Below, in pieces: positions 28,882-38,603 of a DNA stretch of 64,000 nt. Position 1 is the stretch's first letter, and each line of letters starts with the position of its first letter. The notes under the pieces were generated by a model. That model was not told where the DNA came from, did no database searches, and worked only from the letters and a program-made list of their open reading frames with translations. The position numbers were made by a program, and so were the translations under genes. This DNA is from Limnohabitans sp. (GTDB lineage: Bacteria > Pseudomonadota > Gammaproteobacteria > Burkholderiales > Burkholderiaceae_C), in the NCBI GenBank assembly GCA_044348785.1, contig JBIKSF010000001.1:2251-66250 (forward strand), in the 5' to 3' direction.

Positions 28882-29856
28882 ATGCAACGCAGAAACTGGA
28901 TCGCCGCAGCCGCTGCTGTGGTCGCCATGTCGCCCTTTTTGGCCACTACTGCTTCGGCGCAAGCCTGGCCCGCACGGCCCATCAAACTGGTGGTACCTTT
29001 CCCGCCCGGTGGCCTGATCGACAACATGGCACGCTTGGTGGCACCCAAGCTGTCGCAAGAGCTGGGGCAACCCATCGTGATCGACAACAAGCCGGGCGCC
29101 GGGGGTAACTTGGGTGCGGCCGAAGCGGCCCGCGCCGCAGCAGACGGCTACACACTCTTGATGGCGTCGCCACCGCTCACCATCAGTCCTGCGCTGTACA
29201 CCAAGCTGCCCTACAAGCCTGAGCAAATCGTGCCGGTGGGCCTGCTCGGCCGCGTGCCCAATGTGTTGGTGGTCAACCCGGCCTCAGGCATCCAGAGCGT
29301 GGCCGATCTGAGCGCCCGCATCAAAGCCAAGCCTGGCCAACTCAACTACGCGTCCAACGGACAAGGCACTTCGCTGCACCTGAGCGCTGAACTTTACAAA
29401 AGCTTGGGCGGCATCTTTATCACGCACATCCCCTACCGGGGTGCTGCGGCTGGCCTGACGGCGGTGATGGCCGACGAGGTCAGCATGATGTTTGACAACC
29501 TGCCTTCGGCCCTGGGCCTGATCAACGGCGGCAAACTCAAAGCGCTGGCCGTGACCACGCCCCAGCGCAGCAGCGCTTTGCCTAATGTGCCCACCATGGA
29601 GGAAGCTGGCGTCAAGGGTTACCAAGTGTTTGCCTGGTTTGGCGTGGCCGCGCCTGCGGGCTTGCCTACACCCGTGGCACAAAAACTGGAACAAGCGCTG
29701 GAACGTGTGGCCAAGCAACCTGAAGTCCAAGCCGCGATCCAAAAAGCCGGTGCCGAGCCGACCTGGGTGAACGCCCAAGGCATGGCCAGCTTCATGCAGG
29801 CCGACATGGCGCAGTGGAAAAAAGTGTCGGCCTACGCCAAGATCAACCTGGATTGA
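28882..29856 (+). CDS. Bug/TctC substrate-binding protein (probable tetronate uptake)
   Basis: WPARPIKLVVPFPPGG, DNKPGAGG, HIPYRG; first gene of the ltnD operon. Confidence 0.92.
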   Translation: MQRRNWIAAAAAVVAMSPFLATTASAQAWPARPIKLVVPFPPGGLIDNMARLVAPKLSQELGQPIVIDNKPGAGGNLGAAEAARAAADGYTLLMASPPLTISPALYTKLPYKPEQIVPVGLLGRVPNVLVVNPASGIQSVADLSARIKAKPGQLNYASNGQGTSLHLSAELYKSLGGIFITHIPYRGAAAGLTAVMADEVSMMFDNLPSALGLINGGKLKALAVTTPQRSSALPNVPTMEEAGVKGYQVFAWFGVAAPAGLPTPVAQKLEQALERVAKQPEVQAAIQKAGAEPTWVNAQGMASFMQADMAQWKKVSAYAKINLD

Positions 29857-29866
29857 GAGCACGAAC

Positions 29867-30766
29867 ATGACAACCGTTGGACTGATTGGTTTGGGAGCCA
29901 TGGGCTCGGGTATGGCGCAGTCTTTGCGCCGCGCCGGGCACAGCGTGCAGGTGTTTGATGTGCGCCGCGAGGTGGCCGAGGCCTTCACGAACGCGGGTGG
30001 CACAGCGCACGATTCGCTGGCCTCTTTGGGCGCAGCGTGCGACGTGGTTGTGTCGGTGGTGGTCAATGCCGCACAGACCGAAAGCGTGCTGTTTGGCGAT
30101 GGCCAGACTCCCGGTTGCGCCGCCAGCATGAAACCGGGCAGCGTGTTTGTCATGTGCTCCACCGTGGACCCGAACTGGTCGGTGGCTTTGGAAGCGCGCC
30201 TGGAAGCCATGGGCCTGCGCTATGTGGACGCGCCCATCTCGGGTGGTGCCGCCAAAGCCGCCTCGGGTCAGATGACCATGATGACCGCGGGCAAGCCCGA
30301 GGCTTATGCCGTGGCCGAGCCTTATTTGAATGCGATGGCCGCCAAGGTCTACAAGCTGGGCGACAGCGCGGGCGCGGGCAGCAAGGTCAAGATCATCAAC
30401 CAGCTGCTGGCGGGCGTGCACATTGCCGCAGCGGCCGAGGCCATGGCCCTGGGCTTGCGCGAAGGCGTTGACGCTGCCGCTTTGTACGAGGTGATCACCA
30501 ACAGCGCCGGCAACAGCTGGATGTTTGAAAACCGCATGGCCCACGTGCTGGCGGCGGACTACACGCCGCTGTCGGCGGTGGATATTTTTGTGAAGGATTT
30601 GGGCATCGTGCTCGACATGGCGCGTGCCAGCAAGTTCCCGCTGCCGCTGTCGAGCACCGCGCACCAGATGTTCATGCAGGCCAGCACCGCAGGCTTTGCC
30701 AAAGAAGACGACAGCGCAGTCATCAAGATTTTTCCGGGCATCGAGTTGCCGAAGGGCAAAGCATGA
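29867..30766 (+). CDS. ltnD: L-threonate dehydrogenase
   Basis: IGLGAMG, DAPISGGAAKA, KIINQLLAGVHIAAAAEA, GNSWMFENR, SAVDIFVKD; operon context. Confidence 0.9.
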   Translation: MTTVGLIGLGAMGSGMAQSLRRAGHSVQVFDVRREVAEAFTNAGGTAHDSLASLGAACDVVVSVVVNAAQTESVLFGDGQTPGCAASMKPGSVFVMCSTVDPNWSVALEARLEAMGLRYVDAPISGGAAKAASGQMTMMTAGKPEAYAVAEPYLNAMAAKVYKLGDSAGAGSKVKIINQLLAGVHIAAAAEAMALGLREGVDAAALYEVITNSAGNSWMFENRMAHVLAADYTPLSAVDIFVKDLGIVLDMARASKFPLPLSSTAHQMFMQASTAGFAKEDDSAVIKIFPGIELPKGKA

Positions 30767-32031
30767 GCAAGCTGAAACTCGGATGCATTGCAGACGACTT
30801 CACCGGTGCCACGGACCTGGCCAACAACCTGGTGCGCTCGGGCATGCGGGTGGTGCAGACCATTGGCGTGCCGGATGTGCCTTTGGCAGCCGACGTGGAT
30901 GCGGTGGTGGTGGCGCTCAAGTCGCGCACCATCCCAGCCGCCGAGGCGATTGCGCAATCGCTCGACGCCTTGAAGTGGCTGCAGGCGCAAGGTGCGCAGC
31001 AGATCTATTTCAAATACTGCTCGACCTTTGACAGCACGCCAGAAGGCAACATCGGCCCGGTGACCGAGGCGCTGATGGAGGCATTGGGCACGGACTTCAC
31101 CATTGCGACCCCGGCTTTTCCGGACAACGGCCGCACCGTGTTCAAGGGTTACTTGTTCGCGGGCAATGTGTTGCTCAACGAGTCGGGCATGCAAAACCAC
31201 CCGCTCACGCCGATGACAGACGCGAACTTGGTGCGCGTGATGCAAGCGCAAACGAAGCGCAAGGTGGGCTTGATCGATTACAAAACCGTGGCGCAGGGCG
31301 AAGCGGCCATTCGCGAACGCATCGCGGCCCTGCGCGGTGAAGGTGTGGGCGTGGCCGTGGTGGACGCGACCAGCAACGACGATCTGCACCTGCTCGGCCC
31401 TGCGCTCAAAGGCATGCCGCTCGTCACTGCCGGTTCGGGCGTGGCCATTGGCCTGCCTGCCAACTTTGGCCTCAAGCCCTCGCTGCAAGCGAGTCAGCTG
31501 CCTGCGGCCAGTGGCTTGCAAGCGGTGATCTCTGGCAGCTGCTCGGTGGCCACCAACGCGCAAGTGGCGCACTTCAAAGCCACCGGTCGGCCCGCGATGG
31601 CGATCAACCCCGCCAGCCTGATGAACGGCCAAAGCGATGCCGTGGTGCAGCAGGTGCTGGCCTGGGCAGCGCCGCTCTTGAAGAACGGCCCAGTGCTGGT
31701 TTACTCGACCGCTGAGCCCGAAGCCGTCAAGGCCGTGCAGGCGCAGCTGGGCGTGGCCGAGGCAGGCGCTTTGGTCGAACACGCGCTGGCCTCTGTGGCG
31801 CGAGGTCTGGTGGGCTTGGGCGTGAAGCAGCTGGTGGTGGCCGGGGGTGAAACCTCGGGTGCCTGTGTGCAGGCGCTGGGCATCGCGCAGCTGCAAATTG
31901 GCCCGCAAATCGACCCGGGCGTGCCCTGGTGCCATGCGCCTTCAAGCAGCGGCGGTGTGCACATCACGCTCAAGTCAGGCAACTTCGGCACCGAAGACTT
32001 CTTCACCAAAGCCTTTACAGTGTTGGCATGA
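30763..32031 (+). CDS. otnK: 3-oxo-tetronate kinase (DUF1537)
   Basis: IADDFTGATD, KYCSTFDST, AGGETSG, LKSGNFG. Confidence 0.92.
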   Translation: MSKLKLGCIADDFTGATDLANNLVRSGMRVVQTIGVPDVPLAADVDAVVVALKSRTIPAAEAIAQSLDALKWLQAQGAQQIYFKYCSTFDSTPEGNIGPVTEALMEALGTDFTIATPAFPDNGRTVFKGYLFAGNVLLNESGMQNHPLTPMTDANLVRVMQAQTKRKVGLIDYKTVAQGEAAIRERIAALRGEGVGVAVVDATSNDDLHLLGPALKGMPLVTAGSGVAIGLPANFGLKPSLQASQLPAASGLQAVISGSCSVATNAQVAHFKATGRPAMAINPASLMNGQSDAVVQQVLAWAAPLLKNGPVLVYSTAEPEAVKAVQAQLGVAEAGALVEHALASVARGLVGLGVKQLVVAGGETSGACVQALGIAQLQIGPQIDPGVPWCHAPSSSGGVHITLKSGNFGTEDFFTKAFTVLA

Positions 32032-32693
32032 ACTTGACCGAAACCCAAGCACGCGAAGAGATCTGTCGCGTAGGCCGAAGCCTGTTTGAGCGCGGCTATG
32101 TGCACGCCACGGCGGGCAACATCAGCGTGCGACTTCATGATGGCTTCCTCATCACGCCCACCGATGCGTGTCTGGGCTTTCTGGACCCGGCGCGTCTGGC
32201 CAAGCTCGACCTGCAAGGTGAGCAAATCAGCGGTGACAAGGGCAGCAAAACCATTGCCTTGCACCGCCAGATATACGCCGCTGCGTGCGAGAGCGATGCC
32301 GACACACGCTGCGTGATCCACACCCACAGCACGAATTGCGTGGCGCTCAGTCTCAACGCCAAAGGGCCTGAATTGTTGCCCCCGATCACGCCCTACTTTG
32401 TGATGAAGGTGGGCCATGTGCCGCTTGCAAATTACCACCGACCAGGCAGTCCGGATGCCGCCAAAGAAGTGGCCGATTTGATCCGCAGCCATGCTGCGCA
32501 AGGCGCACCGATCCGCGCCGTGATGCTGCCTCGCCTGGGCCCCAATGTGTGGCACGACAGTCCAGCGGCGGCTATGGCCACGCTCGAAGAACTCGAAGAA
32601 ACCGCACGGCTCATGCTGCTGCAACCCCACACCCCGCCGCTGCGCGCCACCGATCTGGACGAGTTGCGCCAGACCTTTGGCGCACGCTGGTAA
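32028..32693 (+). CDS. otnC: Class II aldolase-fold 3-oxo-tetronate 4-phosphate decarboxylase
   Basis: AGNISVR, ITPTDACLG, IHTHST, TPYFVMKVG, EELEETA. Confidence 0.85.
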   Translation: MNLTETQAREEICRVGRSLFERGYVHATAGNISVRLHDGFLITPTDACLGFLDPARLAKLDLQGEQISGDKGSKTIALHRQIYAAACESDADTRCVIHTHSTNCVALSLNAKGPELLPPITPYFVMKVGHVPLANYHRPGSPDAAKEVADLIRSHAAQGAPIRAVMLPRLGPNVWHDSPAAAMATLEELEETARLMLLQPHTPPLRATDLDELRQTFGARW

Positions 32694-32750
32694 GCCTGCA
32701 GGAGCGGCGCACGCGCCGCGAAGATCTTCTCTGAACACCGAAAGAACACC

Positions 32751-33584
32751 ATGCCCCGTTTTGCCGCCAACCTGTCGATGATGTACCCCGACCTGCCGTT
32801 TCTGGACCGCTTTGAAGCGGCTGCCAAAGACGGCTTCAAGGCGGTGGAATATTTATTCCCTTATGCCTTTCCCGCGCAAGATCTGGCCGCCCGATTGAAG
32901 GCCAACGGCTTGCAACAAGTGCTTTTCAACGCACCCCCAGGTGGCACCGACACCGACAGCTTTGGCAAGGCTTGGGAAACGGGCAACCGTGGCACAGCCA
33001 GTGTGCCCGGACGCGAAGCCGAGTTCCGCACGGGCTTTGCACAAGCCTTGGTCTACGCCGATGCCTTGAACTGCCCGCGCATCCACGCCATGGTGGGTTT
33101 GCGGGCCGATGGTGCCAGCACAGAGGTCGCCGACGCCACCTTGGTCAGCAACTTGCAATGGGCCGCAGCCGAGGCCGCGAAAGCCGGGCGCGATGTGCTG
33201 ATCGAGCCCATCAACACCCGCAGCGTGCCGGGCTTTCACCTCAACCGGCAAGACCACGCGCACCGCATCGTGCAGGCCGTGGGCGCAAAAAACGTGAAGG
33301 TGCAGATGGACTTGTTCCACTGCCAGATCGTGGAAGGCGACTTGAGCGCGAAGATCGCCCAGTACTTGCCCACAGGCCGTGTTGGTCATTTCCAAATCGC
33401 CGAAGTGCCCCACCGCCACGAACCGGGCACGGGCGAAGTGAACTGGACGCACATCTTCCAGACGATTGACAAAGTCAGCGCCGAATGCGGCTGGGACGGA
33501 TGGATCGGTTGCGAGTACAACCCGGCCGATGCTTCGGCAGGGGGCACATCGCGGGGATTGGGCTGGGCACGGCCTTACTTATGA
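32751..33584 (+). CDS. otnI: 2-oxo-tetronate isomerase (Hyi family)
   Basis: MPRFAANLS, EYLFPY, IEPIN, DLFHCQI, RHEPGTGE, GCEY. Confidence 0.88.
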   Translation: MPRFAANLSMMYPDLPFLDRFEAAAKDGFKAVEYLFPYAFPAQDLAARLKANGLQQVLFNAPPGGTDTDSFGKAWETGNRGTASVPGREAEFRTGFAQALVYADALNCPRIHAMVGLRADGASTEVADATLVSNLQWAAAEAAKAGRDVLIEPINTRSVPGFHLNRQDHAHRIVQAVGAKNVKVQMDLFHCQIVEGDLSAKIAQYLPTGRVGHFQIAEVPHRHEPGTGEVNWTHIFQTIDKVSAECGWDGWIGCEYNPADASAGGTSRGLGWARPYL

Positions 33585-33641
33585 ACCAAGGGCAACGAGG
33601 CCTCAACGCTGCGCCATTCAATGACTGTCCATTGATCTGTC

Positions 33642-34385
33642 ATGAATGATCTTCATTACCTGATGTGGGCTGGTTTGGCGGCGAGCCTTGTGGGGATGTC
33701 CAAAGGCGGATTGCCCACTGTTGGCATGCTGTCGGTTCCCATACTTTCCCTGTACATGTCACCGATCAAAGCGGTGGTCATGCTGCTGCCCATCTACATC
33801 ATCTCCGACATGGTGGGGCTTTGGCTTTATCGCAAAGAGTTCAGCACCATCAACCTGAAAATCCTTGTTCCTGCTGGCATTTTGGGTATTTTGATCGGTT
33901 GGTTGACGGCCTCGATGGTGTCGGATGCGGCTGTTAAAGCGATGATCGGTTTGATGGGGGTGGGGTTTGTGGCCAATGCATGGCGTCAACGCAAAACCGT
34001 TCAAACCGCGCAGCCTGCACGCTGGGAGCGAGGCCTTTTCTGGGGTGGGGTTTCGGGTTTTGCAAGCTTCATTTCACATGCCGGCGGTCCGCCATTTCAA
34101 GTTTATTTGCTGCCGCAAAAACTCCCCAAGTTGGTGTTTGCAGGCACATCAACTTTGTTTTTCGCTGCCATCAACCTTGCCAAACTTGGACCGTATCACC
34201 AATTGCAGCCCTACGGCGCCGAAGAAATGATGGGGGCGATGGTGCTGATCCCGTTTGCCCTGTTAGGCACTGTGATTGGGGCTTACCTCACACGCAAAAT
34301 CGCCGATAACTGGTTCTTCAAATGGGTCCAGTTGGGCTTGCTGTTGATCTCACTGAAGCTGATCCTCGACGTTGTCAGGGCCTAA
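33642..34385 (+). CDS. TauE/SafE (TSUP) family membrane transporter
   Basis: Multi-TM protein, GMSKGG, SFISHAGGPP. Confidence 0.85.
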   Translation: MNDLHYLMWAGLAASLVGMSKGGLPTVGMLSVPILSLYMSPIKAVVMLLPIYIISDMVGLWLYRKEFSTINLKILVPAGILGILIGWLTASMVSDAAVKAMIGLMGVGFVANAWRQRKTVQTAQPARWERGLFWGGVSGFASFISHAGGPPFQVYLLPQKLPKLVFAGTSTLFFAAINLAKLGPYHQLQPYGAEEMMGAMVLIPFALLGTVIGAYLTRKIADNWFFKWVQLGLLLISLKLILDVVRA

Positions 34386-34391
34386 ACCCTG

Positions 34392-35393
34392 TCAAACCAA
34401 CCCACACACCGTCTTGGAGCCTTCCCAGTTGCTGAGCGCTTGGCTCAAGTCGGTGCCTCGGCGCATGGCCGTCATTTCGGCCACGATGCTCATGGCGATT
34501 TCGGGGGGCGTCAAGGCGCCGATGTTCAGCCCCACGGGACCATGCAATTGGCGCACTTCGGCTTCGCTCACATCAAAGTCCAGCAAGCGCTTACGGCGCT
34601 GTGCGTTGTTGTGCAGCGAGCCCAATGCCCCCACATAAAACGCGGGCGTGCGCAGCGCCTCCATGAGCGCCAAGTCGTCCAGCTTGGGGTCGTGCGTCAC
34701 GGCCACCACGGCGCTGTTGTGGTCCAGTCGCATGGCCAGCACCAGGTCGTCGGGCATCTCTTTCGACAAGTTCACGCCCGCCATAGCGTCCCAACCCTCG
34801 TGGTATTCCACACGCGGCTCGCACACCGTGACTTGGTAGTCCAGCATCACAGCCATGGCCGCCAGATAACGCGACAACTGACCGCCGCCAATGATGAGCA
34901 AACGCAGGCGCGGACCGTGCACGGTGGTCAGGCTCTGGCCGTCAAACTGCAGTTTGTCACCTTCGGTAGCAGCGGCCATGCGCACCAGCCCAGTGGCCAT
35001 GTCCAAACGGCGCTCCACGCGCTGGTGCTGCTCGATGTGTACCAGTAATTCACGCAATTGCGACTGGGGCGACAAAGGCTCCAGCACCACCTGGACCGAG
35101 CCGCCACAAGGTAGGCCAAAGCGGCGCACCTCTTCGGCGGTTTGGCCATAGGTGGTGGTTTCGGGCATCCGCAGCGCCAGCTCGCCCGCAGCCACGCGGC
35201 GGATCAAGTCGTCTTCGATGCAACCGCCCGAGACCGATCCGGCGACTTGACCATCACCCCGGATGATCATGAGCGAACCCGGTGGGCGTGGGGCCGAGCC
35301 CCAGGTGCGCACCACCGTGCCCATCACCACGCGGTAACCCCGGTTTTGCCAATCCAGGGCGGTGCGGATCACGTCAATGTCGATGCTGTTCAT
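34392..35393 (-). CDS. XdhC/CoxI family molybdoenzyme maturation factor
   Basis: TWGSAPRPPG, GSVSGGCIE, GLPCGG, THDPKLD, YVGALGS, PVGLNIG..TPPEIA. Confidence 0.92.
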   Translation of the reverse strand: MNSIDIDVIRTALDWQNRGYRVVMGTVVRTWGSAPRPPGSLMIIRGDGQVAGSVSGGCIEDDLIRRVAAGELALRMPETTTYGQTAEEVRRFGLPCGGSVQVVLEPLSPQSQLRELLVHIEQHQRVERRLDMATGLVRMAAATEGDKLQFDGQSLTTVHGPRLRLLIIGGGQLSRYLAAMAVMLDYQVTVCEPRVEYHEGWDAMAGVNLSKEMPDDLVLAMRLDHNSAVVAVTHDPKLDDLALMEALRTPAFYVGALGSLHNNAQRRKRLLDFDVSEAEVRQLHGPVGLNIGALTPPEIAMSIVAEMTAMRRGTDLSQALSNWEGSKTVCGLV

Positions 35394-36087
35394 GCTTGTC
35401 GCTTGTTGGGAGGTTCAAATCGTGTGGCCAGCGCAGGCTTTGCCCAGTCAGCTTTTCCACCGCCTGGCGGTCAGAGTCATTGTCCACATCCAGCCGGTAG
35501 TGGCTATGGGGTGTTTCCCAGCGGTGCACGGCCTCGGGGTGGGCTTGCATCCATTGGCGTGCGCCCATTTCGTCGCCTCCCGCCAGAATCTGCGCCATCA
35601 CCGCACCAGAGAACACCACTGGGTTACCGGGCAAGCCTTGTACGGTCGGTTGCAGCAGCTGCGTGCCAACAGGGCGCTGCGCAAAAGCCTGCAGCAATGC
35701 CAGCACGGCTGGCGCGTCGATCAAGGCTTGGTCGGCCAGTGCCACCAGCACCGCATCCAGATCGGGTGGCAAAGCCCGCAAACCGGTGCGCAAAGAGCTG
35801 ACATGGCCGTCATCGGGCTGCGGGTTGAGCACCGGCTGAGCGGCCCAGCGGGCGACAGCCCCGTCTTGCAGGATGCGCTCTGCGTAGTGCCCCAGAACCA
35901 CCCTGATGGGGCTCGCACCCGCCAAAGTCAAGGCCTGCAATTGCCGCTCCAGCAGGCTCATGCCGTTCAGTTGCAGCAAGCATTTGGGGCGATTCCCCAT
36001 GCGGCTGCCCGCGCCGGCGGCCAGCACCAGACCGCCAATGCGCGGTTCGGGCCCCGGTGTGGGCTGGACAAACGGTGTCACGTTCAA
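35374..36087 (-). CDS. MobA/MocA-like nucleotidyltransferase (Moco cytidylyltransferase)
   Basis: VLAAGAGSRMG..PKCLL, LADQ, GNPV, DVD; adjacent to xdhC. Confidence 0.85.
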   Translation of the reverse strand: MNVTPFVQPTPGPEPRIGGLVLAAGAGSRMGNRPKCLLQLNGMSLLERQLQALTLAGASPIRVVLGHYAERILQDGAVARWAAQPVLNPQPDDGHVSSLRTGLRALPPDLDAVLVALADQALIDAPAVLALLQAFAQRPVGTQLLQPTVQGLPGNPVVFSGAVMAQILAGGDEMGARQWMQAHPEAVHRWETPHSHYRLDVDNDSDRQAVEKLTGQSLRWPHDLNLPTSDKHEQHRH

Positions 36088-36243
36088 TTAGGCGCTCCAT
36101 GCCAGTTACCAACCGGTCATTGTGCCGGGGTCCTGTGGCGGTGCTGCCGCGTTGGCGTCACCACTGTGAGTGCCTGCCGTGGCCAGCCGATCCCAAACGC
36201 GCTACAGTGTTTTTCTTTTGTGCCGCCCCGAGGAGCCCCCACC

Positions 36244-37725
36244 ATGAACGCCCCCCTGCACCGCGAAATGCCCGATGGCCTGCTCGACAGCGCCCGCGCC
36301 CTGAACGACGTCACCCAAGCTTGGGACCGCACCATCGTGCCCGAGCTGAAAAATTACATCGAGATCCCGGCCAAATCGCCCTCGTTTGACGCCGATTGGG
36401 CCGCGCATGGCCACATCGAGACCGTGCTGCGCAACGCCGCGCAGTGGGTCGAGGCGCAAAAGGTGGAGGGTCTGACACTGGAGGTCATTCGTCTGCCGGG
36501 CCGCACGCCCGTCATGTTTTTTGAAGTGGCCGCCACGCGCGCCGCCAGCGAAGGCTCGGGCCAAACGGTGTTGATGTACGGCCACTTGGACAAACAGCCC
36601 GAATTCAACGGCTGGCGCAACGATCTGGGCCCTTGGACCCCGGTGTACGAAGACGGCAAGCTCTATGGCCGGGGCAGCGCGGACGACGGTTACGCGGTCT
36701 ACGCCAGCATCGCCGCTGTGCAGGCCCTGAAAAGCCAAAACACACCGCATCCGCGCATCGTCGGCCTGATCGAGACCTGCGAAGAGTCGGGCTCTTATGA
36801 CTTGCTGCCTTATGTGGAAGCGCTGCGCACACGCCTGGGTGATGTGGGCTTGGTGATTTGCCTGGACAGCGGCGCGGGCAACTACGACCAGCTGTGGCTC
36901 ACCACCAGCCTGCGCGGCATGGCCAGCGGCACGCTCAAGGTGCAGGTGCTGACCGAGGGCATCCACTCGGGTGACGCCTCGGGCCTGGTGCCCTCAAGCT
37001 TTCGCATCATGCGCCAGGTGCTTGACCGCCTGGAAGACAGCGCCACCGGCCGCCTGCTGCCCGCCAGCTTCCATTGCGAAGTGCCCGCCGAGCGCTTGGC
37101 GCAAGCGCAAGCCACAGCGGCGATTTTGGGTGACGAGGTGTACAAGCGCTTCCCTTGGGCGCACTACGATTGCGGCGGCTCGACCAGCTTTGCCCTGCCC
37201 ACCACCACCGACCCAACACAAGCCCTGCTCAACCGCACCTGGACGCCCACGCTCAGCGTGACCGGGGCCGAAGGTTTTCCGGCGCTCAAAGATGCGGGCA
37301 ATGTGCTCAGGCCCTACACCGCCTTCAAGCTCAGCCTGCGCCTGCCGCCGCTGGTGGACGCGGCGCAAGCCGTGGCCGAGATGAAAGCCTTGCTGGAAGA
37401 CAACGCGCCTTACCAGGCCAAGGTGACATTTGAATCGGGCGGCGGTGCCACAGGCTGGAACGCGCCTGACACCTCGCCTTGGTTCGAGCAAGCCCTCAAC
37501 GCCTCCAGCCAGGCGCACTTTGGTGCGGGTGTCGGTTACATCGGGCAAGGCGGCACTATTCCGCTCATGAGCATGCTCAGCGCCGGTTTCCCCAAAGCGC
37601 AAATGATGGTCTGCGGCGTGCTCGGCCCCAAGAGCAACGCGCACGGACCGAACGAGTTTTTGCATGTGCCTTATGCCAAGAAGCTCACGGCAGCGGTGGC
37701 CGAAGTGATGGCGCGGATGCCTTGA
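36244..37725 (+). CDS. M20/M25/M40 metallopeptidase (dipeptidase-like)
   Basis: YGHLDKQP, GRGSADDG, CEESGS, NAHGPNE; AGGAG RBS before ATG 36244. Confidence 0.9.
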   Translation: MNAPLHREMPDGLLDSARALNDVTQAWDRTIVPELKNYIEIPAKSPSFDADWAAHGHIETVLRNAAQWVEAQKVEGLTLEVIRLPGRTPVMFFEVAATRAASEGSGQTVLMYGHLDKQPEFNGWRNDLGPWTPVYEDGKLYGRGSADDGYAVYASIAAVQALKSQNTPHPRIVGLIETCEESGSYDLLPYVEALRTRLGDVGLVICLDSGAGNYDQLWLTTSLRGMASGTLKVQVLTEGIHSGDASGLVPSSFRIMRQVLDRLEDSATGRLLPASFHCEVPAERLAQAQATAAILGDEVYKRFPWAHYDCGGSTSFALPTTTDPTQALLNRTWTPTLSVTGAEGFPALKDAGNVLRPYTAFKLSLRLPPLVDAAQAVAEMKALLEDNAPYQAKVTFESGGGATGWNAPDTSPWFEQALNASSQAHFGAGVGYIGQGGTIPLMSMLSAGFPKAQMMVCGVLGPKSNAHGPNEFLHVPYAKKLTAAVAEVMARMP

Positions 37726-38603
37726 TGAACGTCATCGCACGTCCCTCCTTGCCCCGCCCTCAAATTACAGGCTTGCATGGCGAGGCGGGGCCACTGGCCT
37801 TGTACGACTGGGCGATGCCTGCCAGCAAGCCGCTGGGCACCGTGCTCTTGGTGCACGGCCTGGGTGAACACGCCGGGCGCTACGGCGAAGTGGCGGCGCA
37901 CTTGCATCAATGGGGATTTGCGGTGCGGGCCTACGACCAGCAAGGCCACGGCCAGTCCGAAGGTGTGCGCGGCGACATGCTGCGCCCGGGCAGCTTGCAA
38001 GCCGATTTGTGCCGGGTGATCGACGACACGCGCCAGCACCCATCTTTGCAAGGCACACCCCTCATCTTGCTGGGCCACAGCATGGGCGGCCTGGTTGTGG
38101 CCCGAACGCTGGCCGAAGGTTTGCGCTCGGTCGATGCGGCGGTGCTGTCGTCTCCGGCCTTGGGGGCGTTTCCCAACCTGTTTCAAAAAATACTGCTGGC
38201 CACTTTGCCCCGCGTGGTGCCTCACTTGCGCGTGGACAACGGCTTGAAAGCCGACTTTGTGTCACGCGACCCCGACGTGGTGAAAGCCTACAAGGCCGAT
38301 GCTTTGGTGCACCGGCGCATCTCAACGGGCCTAGCCGCCTGGATTCTGGAGAACGGCGAGAAAACCCTGGTCGATGCTGCCCAGTGGGAAGTGCCCACCT
38401 TGCTCCTGTACGCAGGACAAGACAAGCTGGTCAACGCGCAGGCCACCGCTGACTTTGTACACGCCGCGCCTCAGGCCGTGGTGCAAGCCCAATGCTTTGA
38501 GGCCATGTACCACGAGATCTTCAACGACCTATACCGCGCACAAGTGTTCGCCGCGCTCAAGCGCTGGCTGATGGCGCGCTTTTCTGCGCATCCCTCTGTT
38601 TGA
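37725..38603 (+). CDS. Alpha/beta hydrolase, monoacylglycerol lipase/lysophospholipase family
   Basis: VHGLGEH..RY, DQQGHGQS, GHSMGG, YHEIFN; TGATG coupling to the peptidase. Confidence 0.9.
   Translation: MNVIARPSLPRPQITGLHGEAGPLALYDWAMPASKPLGTVLLVHGLGEHAGRYGEVAAHLHQWGFAVRAYDQQGHGQSEGVRGDMLRPGSLQADLCRVIDDTRQHPSLQGTPLILLGHSMGGLVVARTLAEGLRSVDAAVLSSPALGAFPNLFQKILLATLPRVVPHLRVDNGLKADFVSRDPDVVKAYKADALVHRRISTGLAAWILENGEKTLVDAAQWEVPTLLLYAGQDKLVNAQATADFVHAAPQAVVQAQCFEAMYHEIFNDLYRAQVFAALKRWLMARFSAHPSV

Noticed and set aside
34392-36087. xdhC and mocA-like genes without a molybdoenzyme
   Set aside because: Stand-alone maturation pairs are common.
35362-36243. 787-aa ORF suggesting a large N-terminal extension of the M20 peptidase
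   Set aside because: The extension is antisense to the mocA-like gene; an RBS and ATG at 36244 give a normal-length protein.
38557-38603. Convergent 3' overlaps (also 13438-13469, 62528-62538)
   Set aside because: Common in compact genomes; no sign of truncation.
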